A stretch of DNA of 64,000 bases from Spirochaetia bacterium (lineage in GTDB: Bacteria; Spirochaetota; UBA4802; UBA5550), in the NCBI GenBank assembly GCA_009885955.1, contig VFJS01000042.1, forward strand, positions 4,623-68,622, read 5' to 3'. Below the pieces are notes generated by a model. It was not told the origin of the DNA. It made no database searches and saw nothing but the letters and a program-made list of their open reading frames with translations. This document shows positions 39,840-49,718 of the stretch, piece by piece (positions within the stretch are counted from its first letter, which is position 1; each line of letters starts with the position of its first letter). The translations under genes and the position numbers were made by a program.

Positions 39840-40154
39840 ATGAAGGGTGAGATATTACTGCAGAATGTATTTTATCTGTTTATACTGGCCATCATACTTG
39901 AAGCCTCGGTCATGGCAATATTTTCAATATCCTACGTGAAAAGATTCAGCAGCAGGATGCCGGTGGAAACGGCAAGGGATGTCCTGATTATCATATTATC
40001 CTTTGTCGTATGTCATCAGGAAAAATTTCTGACGCTGTTCCGCGATACGGGCATAAAATTCCCTCCACTCCTTGATGTCATCATCAGTGCCCTTGTGCTG
40101 GCCCGGATGACTTTTTTTATCAGGGAATTTTTAAGTAAAATGAAACATGAATAA
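39840..40154 (+). CDS. small hypothetical membrane protein
   Basis: Three hydrophobic segments; GGAG before ATG 39840. Confidence 0.6.
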   Translation: MKGEILLQNVFYLFILAIILEASVMAIFSISYVKRFSSRMPVETARDVLIIILSFVVCHQEKFLTLFRDTGIKFPPLLDVIISALVLARMTFFIREFLSKMKHE

Positions 40155-40222
40155 CCGGTAACGGCCTGATGGTGCGTAAGAACTGGATGTAAGATCTTGG
40201 CTTCGGATATATTGATGTATTC

Positions 40223-41257
40223 ATGAGATATTATCTTATTATCATACTTATTATTATTTCTTCAAACCTCGCTGCTGCCGGTGAAAATGTAGCAATGGAT
40301 GATGGAACTCCTGCCGGTGAAAAAAATATTCTCAGCCGGGATAAAACATTTAACCTGTCCCTCTCGGCCGGTGTTTCCCTGATGCAGGGGAGTACAACGT
40401 ACCAGATAGGAGGGCATGTATCAACTCCGACCGGGTCTGACAAAGTCCAGTTCCCGCTGAGCGAGCTTGAGTTTCCACTCAATGTTTACATGGCAAATAT
40501 TAAAGCAGGCCTGGAATACGGGGGGAAATGGAGGCTGAACACGGGATTGAAAAAAAACATTTCCAGGGATGGCGGGAGGATGAAGGATTCCGACTGGGGG
40601 ATCCCCTGGGAAGACCCGCCCGGATCAGGGACGTATTACTGGTATGGCCCAGACCACCTGGACATATATTCCGAAAGCAAAACCAGGGCCGATGCCGTTA
40701 TAGCCGATGCAGAGTTAATGTACAGGTTCAAGGAGATGGAGTACGGAACCGCGCGGATATCATTCTACGGCGGGTTAGGTTACCGGTATCAGAATTACTC
40801 CTATGAATGCAGGCTCATCAGGCAGAGGGATTACCGGGCAGCCGCCCCTCCATGGGAGAAGCAGGATGCGCAGGGTGACGGCAGGGTCGGATTGACCTAT
40901 ACTGTCATATCCTATATACCCTATATAAAATTCAGCCCGGAAATAAAAGTACATGATTTTATTTATTTTGAGGCAGGTGTCGGGTATTCGCCTTTTGTTA
41001 AATTAAAAGACAGGGATAATCATATCCTCCGATCAAAAATTTCCAAAGGGGAGTGTGAAGGATATGCCCTGATGTTTTCCATTTCGGCCCGTGCGGTTTT
41101 CAGGAATTTTTTCATGGAAATCGTATATGCCTATGATTTCATATATGCGAAAGGAAAGCAGAAGCAGTATGATAGCGGTGTATGGTCAGCGACCATTGAG
41201 CAGAAGAATTTCAGCACGGCTCGGACTGCGGGAGTTTCTATAGGATATAATTTTTAA
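40223..41257 (+). CDS. omptin-family outer-membrane protease
   Basis: SELEFP, MKDSDW (D-x-D) and DRDNHILR (D-x-H) catalytic pairs; terminal Phe. Confidence 0.8.
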   Translation: MRYYLIIILIIISSNLAAAGENVAMDDGTPAGEKNILSRDKTFNLSLSAGVSLMQGSTTYQIGGHVSTPTGSDKVQFPLSELEFPLNVYMANIKAGLEYGGKWRLNTGLKKNISRDGGRMKDSDWGIPWEDPPGSGTYYWYGPDHLDIYSESKTRADAVIADAELMYRFKEMEYGTARISFYGGLGYRYQNYSYECRLIRQRDYRAAAPPWEKQDAQGDGRVGLTYTVISYIPYIKFSPEIKVHDFIYFEAGVGYSPFVKLKDRDNHILRSKISKGECEGYALMFSISARAVFRNFFMEIVYAYDFIYAKGKQKQYDSGVWSATIEQKNFSTARTAGVSIGYNF

Positions 41258-41358
41258 CAACAGAGCATGCTTTCATGCTGATTTTTGGTCCATGCACCGA
41301 ATGGGTTTTGTGCGGGCTGCCACACGGTAAGTATGTCCAGTGGCCTGGACTGGTTCAT

Positions 41359-41622
41359 GATAGGGGGCGTCTCCCGACGGCCGCCCCCTATCGACCCCCG
41401 CGTCGCTCTTGCAGAGGGCTGACTTTTCTTTACATCGACTTGTTTGTGTCGCCTGCGGATGGGCCTCCTGCCCGTCCTCGGCGCATTTCGCTCGACATCC
41501 TGTCTCGCTCACTGGTTGTCAGAAACATGATTATTTCTGCTACACCCCCCTCTCCTGCCAGGAGAGGGGACGGGGGTGAGGTCACGGATGTCCGAAAAGC
41601 GCTCGACGGGACAGAGGTGAGG
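41359..41622. repeat. composite palindromic (REP-like) element
   Basis: gatagggggcg/cgccccctatc hairpin, cccctctcct..aggagagggg, and a 3' end that is an inverted copy of 30051-30087. Confidence 0.75.
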
Positions 41623-41631
41623 TCAGGAACT

Positions 41632-42726
41632 TCATCGCCCCATGCTTATCCCTATGGCCTCGGCGCACTGAATGAGCTGCGAGTCCACGGGCACAACGCG
41701 CACTTTCCCGGCCAGGTCCGCCAGGGGCACAAGCACGATGTCGGGCATCTTCAGGGCCACCATGTTCCCGAAATTTCCTTCTGCAGCGGCGCGCACCGCG
41801 TGGCTTCCGAGCCTTGTACCCAGGACCCGGTCAAAGGCGCACGGGGAGCCTCCGCGCTGAATGTGGCCCAGAACGGTGCAGCGCACCTCAAGGTCAATCC
41901 GTTTTTTTATCTCCTCAGCAAGGTATGAACCCACGCCGCCGAGCTGCGGCACTCCCTGAAGCCGTGTCGATGCCGTGGCCTGGGTTATCACATCGCCCCC
42001 CTCCTCCTTCGCGCCTTCGGCAACCATGATGATGCTGTAGGGGCTTCCGCCTTTTGCCCGGGCTTTTATCTTTTCCACGATACGGTCAATATTGTAGGGG
42101 ATCTCGGGGATGATGATGATGTGCGCCCCGCCTGCAATGCCCGATTCCATGGATATCCAGCCCGCGGTCCTTCCCATGACCTCGAGAATCATGACGCGCT
42201 GGTGGCTCTTCCCGGTGGTATGCAGGCGGTCAAGGGCGTCGCATGCCACCTCCACGGCTGTCTGGAACCCGAAGGTGTAGTCGGTTTTATCGAGATCGTT
42301 GTCTATGGTTTTGGGTATGCCGATGACATGGGCCCCTTTTTTTGCGAATTTGTAGCCTATCTCCAGTGTCCCCTCACCGCCGACGACGAAGAGGCAGTCC
42401 AGGCCCAGCCTTTTATACGTCTCCATGGCCCTGTCGGAATAATCGCTCACGCTTATGGAGCCGTCAGGGCGGAGTTCCCGGTACTCGAAGGGGTTTCCCT
42501 TATTCGTGGTGCCCAGGATGGTGCCGCCCAGGGTAAGGATGTCCCGTGTTGCCCGGATGGAGAGTTCCTGGGTCTGCCCGCTTATCAGCCCTTCGAATCC
42601 CCCCTCTATTCCCACCACTTCAGCCTTATACCCGATAATCGCAGTGCGCGTCACCCCCCGGATGACTGCGTTGAGCCCTGAACAATCGCCGCCGCCTGTG
42701 AGAATACCGACCTTTTTTAGTGCCAT
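41632..42726 (-). CDS. pfkA: 6-phosphofructokinase (PfkA family)
   Basis: GGGDCSGLN, GGTILGT, GGEGT, PKTIDND, EVMGR, LGHIQRGG. Confidence 0.95.
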   Translation of the reverse strand: MALKKVGILTGGGDCSGLNAVIRGVTRTAIIGYKAEVVGIEGGFEGLISGQTQELSIRATRDILTLGGTILGTTNKGNPFEYRELRPDGSISVSDYSDRAMETYKRLGLDCLFVVGGEGTLEIGYKFAKKGAHVIGIPKTIDNDLDKTDYTFGFQTAVEVACDALDRLHTTGKSHQRVMILEVMGRTAGWISMESGIAGGAHIIIIPEIPYNIDRIVEKIKARAKGGSPYSIIMVAEGAKEEGGDVITQATASTRLQGVPQLGGVGSYLAEEIKKRIDLEVRCTVLGHIQRGGSPCAFDRVLGTRLGSHAVRAAAEGNFGNMVALKMPDIVLVPLADLAGKVRVVPVDSQLIQCAEAIGISMGR

Positions 42727-42959
42727 GACAAACCTCCTGGGAATGCATTTTTATTTAAATTTAATACTTATAAAATTATTAGTCAAGAAATAGCAGTTTT
42801 TTGATAGATAGAAGAAAGAATAACCACGAAAATCACGAAAGGCACGAAAGAAGAGGGTTGTTCTTTTAGAGACATTCGTTGTTACTCTTTTTAAAATTAA
42901 AGGAGATAGAACGTAAAACCTTGGCCCTGGCAATTTTGAAGTCTTTTGAAATATCTACA

Positions 42960-43040
42960 GAAGAATGTCCGGAGTGCCGACGATTTTTTGCACGTCCTGT
43001 GCATCGTCGGCACTGCGACATCCTGCCGGGAGTGTTCTTC
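42960..43040. repeat. nested hairpin element
   Basis: agtgccgacga/tcgtcggcact stem enclosing tgcac-gtcct-gtgca; same layout as 30180-30215. Confidence 0.65.
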
Positions 43041-43371
43041 ATTGATGATTCAGGAAACTATTTTTTCTTTTCTTGCTGACAGGGAAATCAAAAAATTGAA
43101 TAAAACACATTTTATTATTAAAGTGGTCGAATCCTTATCGCACATCCTTTGCGGCTTCGCCGTTTGTTTATTCTTGAACATTATCATCCATTCCTCATAA
43201 ACAAGAGAACAGAAAATCAATTCCTCCATGACGGAAATTCGGGTTTCTAAATTTGCATAAAATTATTGACATTAATTAAATGGTTAATATATTAAAAATA
43301 TACAGAAGAGGTATGTCTTTTCATTTTGTGGGGTGATGCAAATTTTAAGGCAGTGTGTATGGATTTGCTTC

Positions 43372-43482
43372 TTTGTAATGAATATGCAGTTTCCGATATA
43401 CACCATTCTGTCTCTTGAATAGGGTTGCATGAAATACTATATGTTTTTGTAACGTTTTCAGGGATCAGTTTTTTATCATTTA
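43372..43482 (+). repeat. ~110-bp dispersed repeat, copy 1
   Basis: 23-bp identical core atgaatatgcagtttccgatata shared with 45628-45650; colinear similarity continues. Confidence 0.8.
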
Positions 43483-43512
43483 TTTTGGGAATTTCCAATA
43501 TGTCAAATTCTG

Positions 43513-44427
43513 ATGAAATTTAAAATCACTCCTGCAGTCCTATTTTGTGCCTCTTTCTCCAGCGCTCCTCTCATGGGGCAAAACGTTGGAGGAACAACAT
43601 CCTCCATTCAAATCGACTGGTGGGAGATGTTCCCATTTATATGTATCCCCATCGCATTTTTTCTCTTCTCTGCTGTGGTCTCCGCCGATGCCGAACGGGA
43701 AAAAAAGCGCACGTTCATTCTTTCCGCGCTTATGGTTTTTGTTGGATGTGCATTATTCTTTGTTTCGGCGATTTCAGATCAAAAAACAGTCAGCCTGACC
43801 GCTGCTATTATGGGCCTGATCTATGCCGGTACCGGACTATGGTTTCTTTCCTTAAAAGACAGGTATTCTTCTAAATTCAAAGCTCTCCGTGAACTTCCTT
43901 TAACCGCTCAAAAGTACGGCTTAACGTATATTGAAAGCCAAACCTTCGATACTCCCGGAGACATGCAAGGCATGTATGCCAACTACAAAGTGGAAATATT
44001 GCCCGATGGCAATTCCAGGGACGGACGTTTTATTGTTTATCTAAAAAAAAATATCGGCAAATGTGAAATTTCATTTTCTAAAACGGTGTACAGGCCCGCG
44101 GAGGGTTTAGTTGAATTTTATACCGGCAATTCATTGTTTGATTCGTGCTTTAAAACCCGCTATGCGACGCAAAATTTGGCCGAGAAGCTTCGAACTGCCA
44201 GGGATAATCTCGCTCCAATTTTAAATTTTATTAAAAAATGGCAAATCACGCACTGGTGGATTTTCGGTATATGGGGTCGCAGCTGGCTTACTATCGAAGG
44301 AAACACAATCAGGTATTCCGATGTTCCTGTCAAAGGCGGCCCCTATGTTCTATCGGCTGCGCGCGTAGAACAGGTCCTGCCGGATATCATCGCCCTGGCA
44401 CGAACCTTGGAGAAAATCGCTGATTAG
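43513..44427 (+). CDS. hypothetical membrane protein
   Basis: 304-aa ORF; signal-like N-terminus and three TM segments. Confidence 0.65.
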   Translation: MKFKITPAVLFCASFSSAPLMGQNVGGTTSSIQIDWWEMFPFICIPIAFFLFSAVVSADAEREKKRTFILSALMVFVGCALFFVSAISDQKTVSLTAAIMGLIYAGTGLWFLSLKDRYSSKFKALRELPLTAQKYGLTYIESQTFDTPGDMQGMYANYKVEILPDGNSRDGRFIVYLKKNIGKCEISFSKTVYRPAEGLVEFYTGNSLFDSCFKTRYATQNLAEKLRTARDNLAPILNFIKKWQITHWWIFGIWGRSWLTIEGNTIRYSDVPVKGGPYVLSAARVEQVLPDIIALARTLEKIAD

Positions 44428-44586
44428 GCGTATGAAAAAAAAATTCTTGATGCCGACGGAACATACTGTAAATTAGAGAACATTTATTTGAGGGGAGTTA
44501 AATTCCAGAAGTAGGGAATCAATTTGACAAATTTTAAGGCAGAGTGCATATATCTGCGGAAATTTATAGTTATAATAGGAGGCCTT

Positions 44587-45609
44587 ATGAAATATGTTCT
44601 TGCTCTCATATTTATTATGAGTATTACGGTTCAGTTGTATCCGCAAATCAGCGAGACGAAAGAAAAAACTACAGACGCGACTGAACCCGTTGCAAATTCC
44701 AACGCAGGCATATCAATCATTCCTTTTACCTCCTGGCGTTTTATTAATTTCGGAAATGAAGACCTCAAGTATACATTTGATAATACAAAGTCGACGACAT
44801 ATGAGACAAATTTCCACATAGGATATTTTTCGTTTGGCGGGGCTGCCACGGTAAACGATATGGCATTTGGTAAAGTTGACAATGTCCTGGGATATCTGGG
44901 CTTTTCGTCATTTTCTCTCAAAATGTCACAGGCCCATATGCGGGGGACCGGCACCTGGTCGGGTGATCAAGTGGGAGGCATGAAAAGTAAATTTTCATTT
45001 GATAACACGATCCGTAATTATGATCTTATTTATAATGGAGGCAATGATGTACTGGAAGGGCTGAAGAGCTGGTATGCAGGCATTTCATATACCAGGCTGT
45101 CAATGCCCATGGAGTTTCAAGTTAGTGTTCATCCCCCGAACAGAAAATATCACGAGGATGGCAAATCCGTATATGATGAAAAATTTTCCCTCGAATCTTT
45201 CGGGATAACATTCGGATTTGACATGTTGAAAGATAAATCGCGCAGGCCCGGCTTGGATGTCTTCGGAGTATCCCAGGACAGATTCGGCATTTATAATACA
45301 TCTTCATTAAGCAATGCCGCAGTATCCAGGTTAATTGTTCTAAATCCGGGATATGGTTCCCCTAAAAAAAACGGGAGGAGCTGGTTTCCTAACACGCCTG
45401 CTTATCTTGACAATGAATCGGCAGTTGGTCTCAGCTGGACACATGTATTTCCTGAGGGGTGGATTATTTTCGCGGTCGGCTATGATCTGATCTGGGGTTT
45501 GATTGGCGGACCATATGAAACGGCCAGTATGGGTAGAATGGGGATAGAGGGAAGCGCGAATATGTTTTTCCGTCATGGAATAATATTCCGGGTGTATGGG
45601 GCATGGTAA
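44587..45609 (+). CDS. hypothetical exported protein, possible beta-barrel
   Basis: GGAGG-ATG 44587; signal peptide; Gly/aromatic strands; terminal Trp. Confidence 0.6.
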   Translation: MKYVLALIFIMSITVQLYPQISETKEKTTDATEPVANSNAGISIIPFTSWRFINFGNEDLKYTFDNTKSTTYETNFHIGYFSFGGAATVNDMAFGKVDNVLGYLGFSSFSLKMSQAHMRGTGTWSGDQVGGMKSKFSFDNTIRNYDLIYNGGNDVLEGLKSWYAGISYTRLSMPMEFQVSVHPPNRKYHEDGKSVYDEKFSLESFGITFGFDMLKDKSRRPGLDVFGVSQDRFGIYNTSSLSNAAVSRLIVLNPGYGSPKKNGRSWFPNTPAYLDNESAVGLSWTHVFPEGWIIFAVGYDLIWGLIGGPYETASMGRMGIEGSANMFFRHGIIFRVYGAW

Positions 45610-45621
45610 TATCCCTCCTTA

Positions 45622-45728
45622 TTTGTCATGAATATGCAGTTTCCGATATAGTTCATTCTGGCCCATGAATGGGGTCTTCTGAAATACATTCAGTTTTAAA
45701 GATTCCCGGGGTCTGTTTTTCTCATTTA
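45622..45728 (+). repeat. ~110-bp dispersed repeat, copy 2
   Basis: See 43372-43482. Confidence 0.8.
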
Positions 45729-45857
45729 TACGCGCAGGTTCCTTGAAAGAAAAGAAAAATACCTGGTTCTTTGAAGGAATTCATATTGGGAAAAATCAGA
45801 GCTCCCCCCCTATCCTCCAGACAGGAGGAAATACAAATGGGGGAGCAAGGAGGATTT

Positions 45858-46232
45858 ATGGATAAAGTCGTTCATTTTGAAATACCCTATGACAACAAGG
45901 ACCGTGCATCGAAATTCTATTCGGGGATATTCGGTTGGAAGCTCATTGATATACCCGAGATGGAGTACACCCTGGTCCATGCCGCTGAAACTGACGGGAA
46001 CAATATGGTTTCTGAAAAGGGCGCCATCAACGGAGGATTATTTCTCCGTGATGAAACAGCCAGTAAGCCCATGGTGGTAATCGGCGTCAGGTCCATTGAC
46101 GAAACCATAAAGAAAGTCATTGCAGCCGGCGGGAAGGTAGTCGCTCCCAAACAGCCCATTCCAAACGGTTCTTATGCCCGGATTGCCGATTGCGAAGGGA
46201 ATATCATCGGCATTGCTGATGAATCAAAATAA
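45858..46232 (+). CDS. VOC/glyoxalase-family protein
   Basis: VVHFEI...FYSGIFGW, GAINGG, DCEGNIIG; GGAGG before ATG. Confidence 0.9.
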   Translation: MDKVVHFEIPYDNKDRASKFYSGIFGWKLIDIPEMEYTLVHAAETDGNNMVSEKGAINGGLFLRDETASKPMVVIGVRSIDETIKKVIAAGGKVVAPKQPIPNGSYARIADCEGNIIGIADESK

Positions 46233-46396
46233 GAGGAATTTTATTATACTACACAAAAATATAGTATTTTTTACTTGACATAATAAAGAATTTTTTATTA
46301 CTTTACAAATAATGCCACATAATATTTTTTTATTTGATTTTATCGGCATGTTCATCGTATATATTATAATGAAACAAAAATGAAAGGGGTTTGGAA

Positions 46397-47614
46397 ATGA
46401 CTGAACAAAACAGCGCGGAAAAGAAAAATCAGGTCCTGGAGGCTGCGATTCAGCAGATTGAGAAGCAGTTCGGCAAGGGCTCAATCATGAGGCTCGGGGA
46501 TAATAACCCCAAATTTGAAATACCCTGCATATCTACAGGTTCCCTTGAACTGGACATAGCCCTGGGCCTGGGGGGAGTTCCAAGGGGGAGGATTATTGAA
46601 ATATACGGGCCCGAATCGTCGGGGAAAACTACTCTCACCCTCCACATAGTGGCAGAAGCTCAGAAGGCCGGCGGCGTTGCGGCATTCATCGATGCCGAGC
46701 ATGCCATGGACCCCGGTTATGCCAAGAAGCTGGGCGTGAACACCGATGAGCTCCTTGTATCACAGCCCGACACCGGGGAAGAGGCCCTTGAAATCGCCGA
46801 AGCCCTTGTGAGGTCAGGAGCCGTGGATATCATCGTGATAGATTCCGTGGCCGCACTTGTGCCCAAGGCTGAAATTGACGGCGAAATGGGCGATTCCCAC
46901 ATGGGTCTCCAGGCAAGGCTCATGAGTCAGGCCATGAGAAAACTTGCAGGCATCATATCGAAATCCAAGACAAGCATGATTTTTATCAACCAGATCAGGT
47001 ATAAAATAGGGGTCATGTTCGGTTCCCCGGAAACGACTACCGGGGGCAATGCCCTCAAATTCTATGCATCGGTACGCCTTGACATACGGAAGGTGGAGAC
47101 ACTGAAGAACGGTGAAGATGCCATTGGCAACAGGGTCAGGGTAAAGGTGGTGAAAAACAAGGTGGCGCCACCGTTCAAGCAGGCGGAGTTCGATGTAATT
47201 TTTGACTCCGGCATATCCAGGGAGGGGGGAATCGTGGACCTTGCAGTAAAGTACGACATCATTAAGAAATCGGGAACATGGTATGCCTATGGTGAAGAGC
47301 GTATCGGCCAGGGCAGGGAGAACGCAAAGAAATTCCTCATAGAAAATCCCAAACTGAGTTCGGAGATTGAAAAAAATGTCAGGATAAAGTCCGGACTTAT
47401 AAAAGATGCTAAAGATGCTAAAAGTGCTAAGGATGTGAAGGAAGGAAAAGATATTAAAGATATAAAGGACGCCAGGGAAGGAAAGGATGTCAAGGACGTT
47501 AAGGCAGGAAAAGAAGTCAGGGATATGAAAGATATCAGGGAAGCCAAAGATGATAATGATGACTCAAAGATGAACAACACCAATGACAAGGAAAAGAAGG
47601 CAGCCCAGGCTTAG
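46397..47614 (+). CDS. recA: recombinase A with repetitive C-terminal tail
   Basis: [30 protein letters not shown]. Confidence 0.98.
   Translation: MTEQNSAEKKNQVLEAAIQQIEKQFGKGSIMRLGDNNPKFEIPCISTGSLELDIALGLGGVPRGRIIEIYGPESSGKTTLTLHIVAEAQKAGGVAAFIDAEHAMDPGYAKKLGVNTDELLVSQPDTGEEALEIAEALVRSGAVDIIVIDSVAALVPKAEIDGEMGDSHMGLQARLMSQAMRKLAGIISKSKTSMIFINQIRYKIGVMFGSPETTTGGNALKFYASVRLDIRKVETLKNGEDAIGNRVRVKVVKNKVAPPFKQAEFDVIFDSGISREGGIVDLAVKYDIIKKSGTWYAYGEERIGQGRENAKKFLIENPKLSSEIEKNVRIKSGLIKDAKDAKSAKDVKEGKDIKDIKDAREGKDVKDVKAGKEVRDMKDIREAKDDNDDSKMNNTNDKEKKAAQA
47402..47554 (+). repeat. 9-bp-period coding repeat, (K/R-x-x)17
   Basis: [51 protein letters not shown]. Confidence 0.9.
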
Positions 47615-47630
47615 AAAAAATTTTGATAGA

Positions 47631-48389
47631 ATGAGGAAAAGCGGAATTAGGCTGAAGAGCCCGGACGATATAAAGAGAATCAGGGAGTCAGGAATCATAT
47701 TATCGGAATTGTTCAGCCTGATTTCCCGGATGGACCTTGATGGCATTACGACCTGGGATATCGATTCCTTTGCTGATGACTTTATCATGAAAAGGAAGGG
47801 CCGTGCAGCCTTTAAGACGATCACGGATTACAACTATGCCTCTTGTATCTCCATTAACAGTGAAGCTGTCCACGGCATACCATCGAGAAAAAGAAAGGTT
47901 CAGCAGGGTGACCTGGTCAAGATAGATTCAGGTGTTGCCCTGAATGGTTACTTCTCAGATGCCTGCCATACATTCCCGGTTGGAAAGGCATCCCCTGAAG
48001 CAGAGAAACTTGTTGCGTCATGCAGGAAGGCACTTATGGCCGGTATTGGTTTTGCCTTAGCCGGATTTACTACAGGCGACATGGGTTATGCGGTATCAGA
48101 ATCGGCCAGTGATGATGATTTCAGCATAGTGAAAAAATTGGCAGCCCATGGTACGGGATTTTCCCTCCATGAACCCCCGAGGATTCCCCATTACGGAGCC
48201 AGGGGAGGAGGGCTGATTCTTATGGAAGGGCTTGTTTTTACATTGGAACCGATAATGAATGCAGGAAAGCCCGATGTGGTTAAATCAGAAAACAGATATA
48301 CCCTTGTCTCAGCAGACGGTAGCCTCTCAGCCCAGTTTGAGCATACTATTGCCATAACAGGCGAAGGGCCCGTCATTTTAACTGCCTGA
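47631..48389 (+). CDS. map: methionine aminopeptidase type I
   Basis: CISIN..VHGIP, KID, SD, AHG.G..LHE.P, LEP, QFEHT. Confidence 0.93.
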   Translation: MRKSGIRLKSPDDIKRIRESGIILSELFSLISRMDLDGITTWDIDSFADDFIMKRKGRAAFKTITDYNYASCISINSEAVHGIPSRKRKVQQGDLVKIDSGVALNGYFSDACHTFPVGKASPEAEKLVASCRKALMAGIGFALAGFTTGDMGYAVSESASDDDFSIVKKLAAHGTGFSLHEPPRIPHYGARGGGLILMEGLVFTLEPIMNAGKPDVVKSENRYTLVSADGSLSAQFEHTIAITGEGPVILTA

Positions 48390-48544
48390 AGTAAGCTAAT
48401 GTATTTTTTTTTCAGTAAACTTCCTGAATAAAAGAATAACGCCATTCCTGTTATTAATATCAAATACACATTGACACCATGATTTTTTTATTGTAGATTG
48501 TCTATTGGAATCAGTATTCATAAAGAAGTCTTTTTATATATTAT

Positions 48545-49612
48545 ATGAATAGAGTTATTAAAATATTAATCATGTCTGCAGTCATTATTGTTATTCAAAC
48601 AGCAATAATTTACGGGAAAACTACAATTAATCAGGCAGGGGTAGTTGATGTTACAAATTCCGGATTTTCTGATATGGAGAAGCTGATACAGAATACCTCA
48701 GATTTCCTGGGGCCCGGTATTTCCAATGCCTTTGCCATGGCAAATATCGGCGGTTATCCTGTCGGCTCAGCATACCTGGGCTCCTTCCCCAGTCTTTTTG
48801 TAGGTGTATATGCGAGCGCAGGATTGACCAACATGGAATATTTTGATAAAACGAAAGATCTCCCTGACGGAAGATACCCCGGGGCCGGGATTAATACAGG
48901 CGCCTATTTCGGTCTTGGCATGGGAAAGGGGATAGATATCATGGGCAGACTCATGACATATAGCACCGGCATGTATAACCCGCCGTATAATAATAAAATG
49001 GTGAGCCTTGAAAAAATGAACCTCTACGCAGCCGGCGGGAAAATCAGGTATAACATGGTCGGGAAAAAAACCATTCTTCCGGGACTCTTCGATTTTGGAG
49101 GTGTTACGGTGGGGCTTGGCGGTGATTTTCTTAAGGGTTATATAAAAGTCGGAGGAGCCATGGAATATCCCATGGATTCCATAGAGGCAAATATCGGCGG
49201 CATACCAACGAGCATAAAATTAAATTTTAAATCCGAATATTCCGCTGAGGTTTCCTGGTACGTGATATCGGGAAATTCACAGATAACGGCTTATTTCGAT
49301 TTCCTCTGGCTTTTCGATTTTTATACGGGATTGGGCCTGACAATGAATTACGGCAAGTTCAACCTGAAGCTGAAGGGCAATGGGACGCTCTCAACAACAG
49401 ACAGTAACTACCTTCTTTTTAATCCCACAGGTGATCTCGGCACACTTACATTGACATCTTCAAATGGATATAGATCGGATATATATATCCCGGTTTACAT
49501 TGTGGGGTTTGATATAAGGCTGATTGTCATCTGCATTACCTTTGAATCAATGGTCAACCTGAGAAATAAAAAAGATATAAACCTTCAGTTCGGGGCAAGG
49601 CTGCAATTCTGA
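48545..49612 (+). CDS. putative outer-membrane/surface beta-rich protein
   Basis: Signal peptide, Gly/aromatic alternating strands, terminal Phe. Confidence 0.6.
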   Translation: MNRVIKILIMSAVIIVIQTAIIYGKTTINQAGVVDVTNSGFSDMEKLIQNTSDFLGPGISNAFAMANIGGYPVGSAYLGSFPSLFVGVYASAGLTNMEYFDKTKDLPDGRYPGAGINTGAYFGLGMGKGIDIMGRLMTYSTGMYNPPYNNKMVSLEKMNLYAAGGKIRYNMVGKKTILPGLFDFGGVTVGLGGDFLKGYIKVGGAMEYPMDSIEANIGGIPTSIKLNFKSEYSAEVSWYVISGNSQITAYFDFLWLFDFYTGLGLTMNYGKFNLKLKGNGTLSTTDSNYLLFNPTGDLGTLTLTSSNGYRSDIYIPVYIVGFDIRLIVICITFESMVNLRNKKDINLQFGARLQF

Positions 49613-49718
49613 TAATCTTCCAGTTCCCATTATTCTATTTAACTCCATTAAAAAAAATTTGACATATTTAATAATTTAAACAACAGATGATTTTTATAAT
49701 ATAATGGAGTGTATTTTT

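Noticed and set aside
41273..41928. ORFs 41275-41928 (+) and 41273-41512 (-)
   Set aside because: They run through repeat DNA or antisense to pfkA and have no recognisable motifs.
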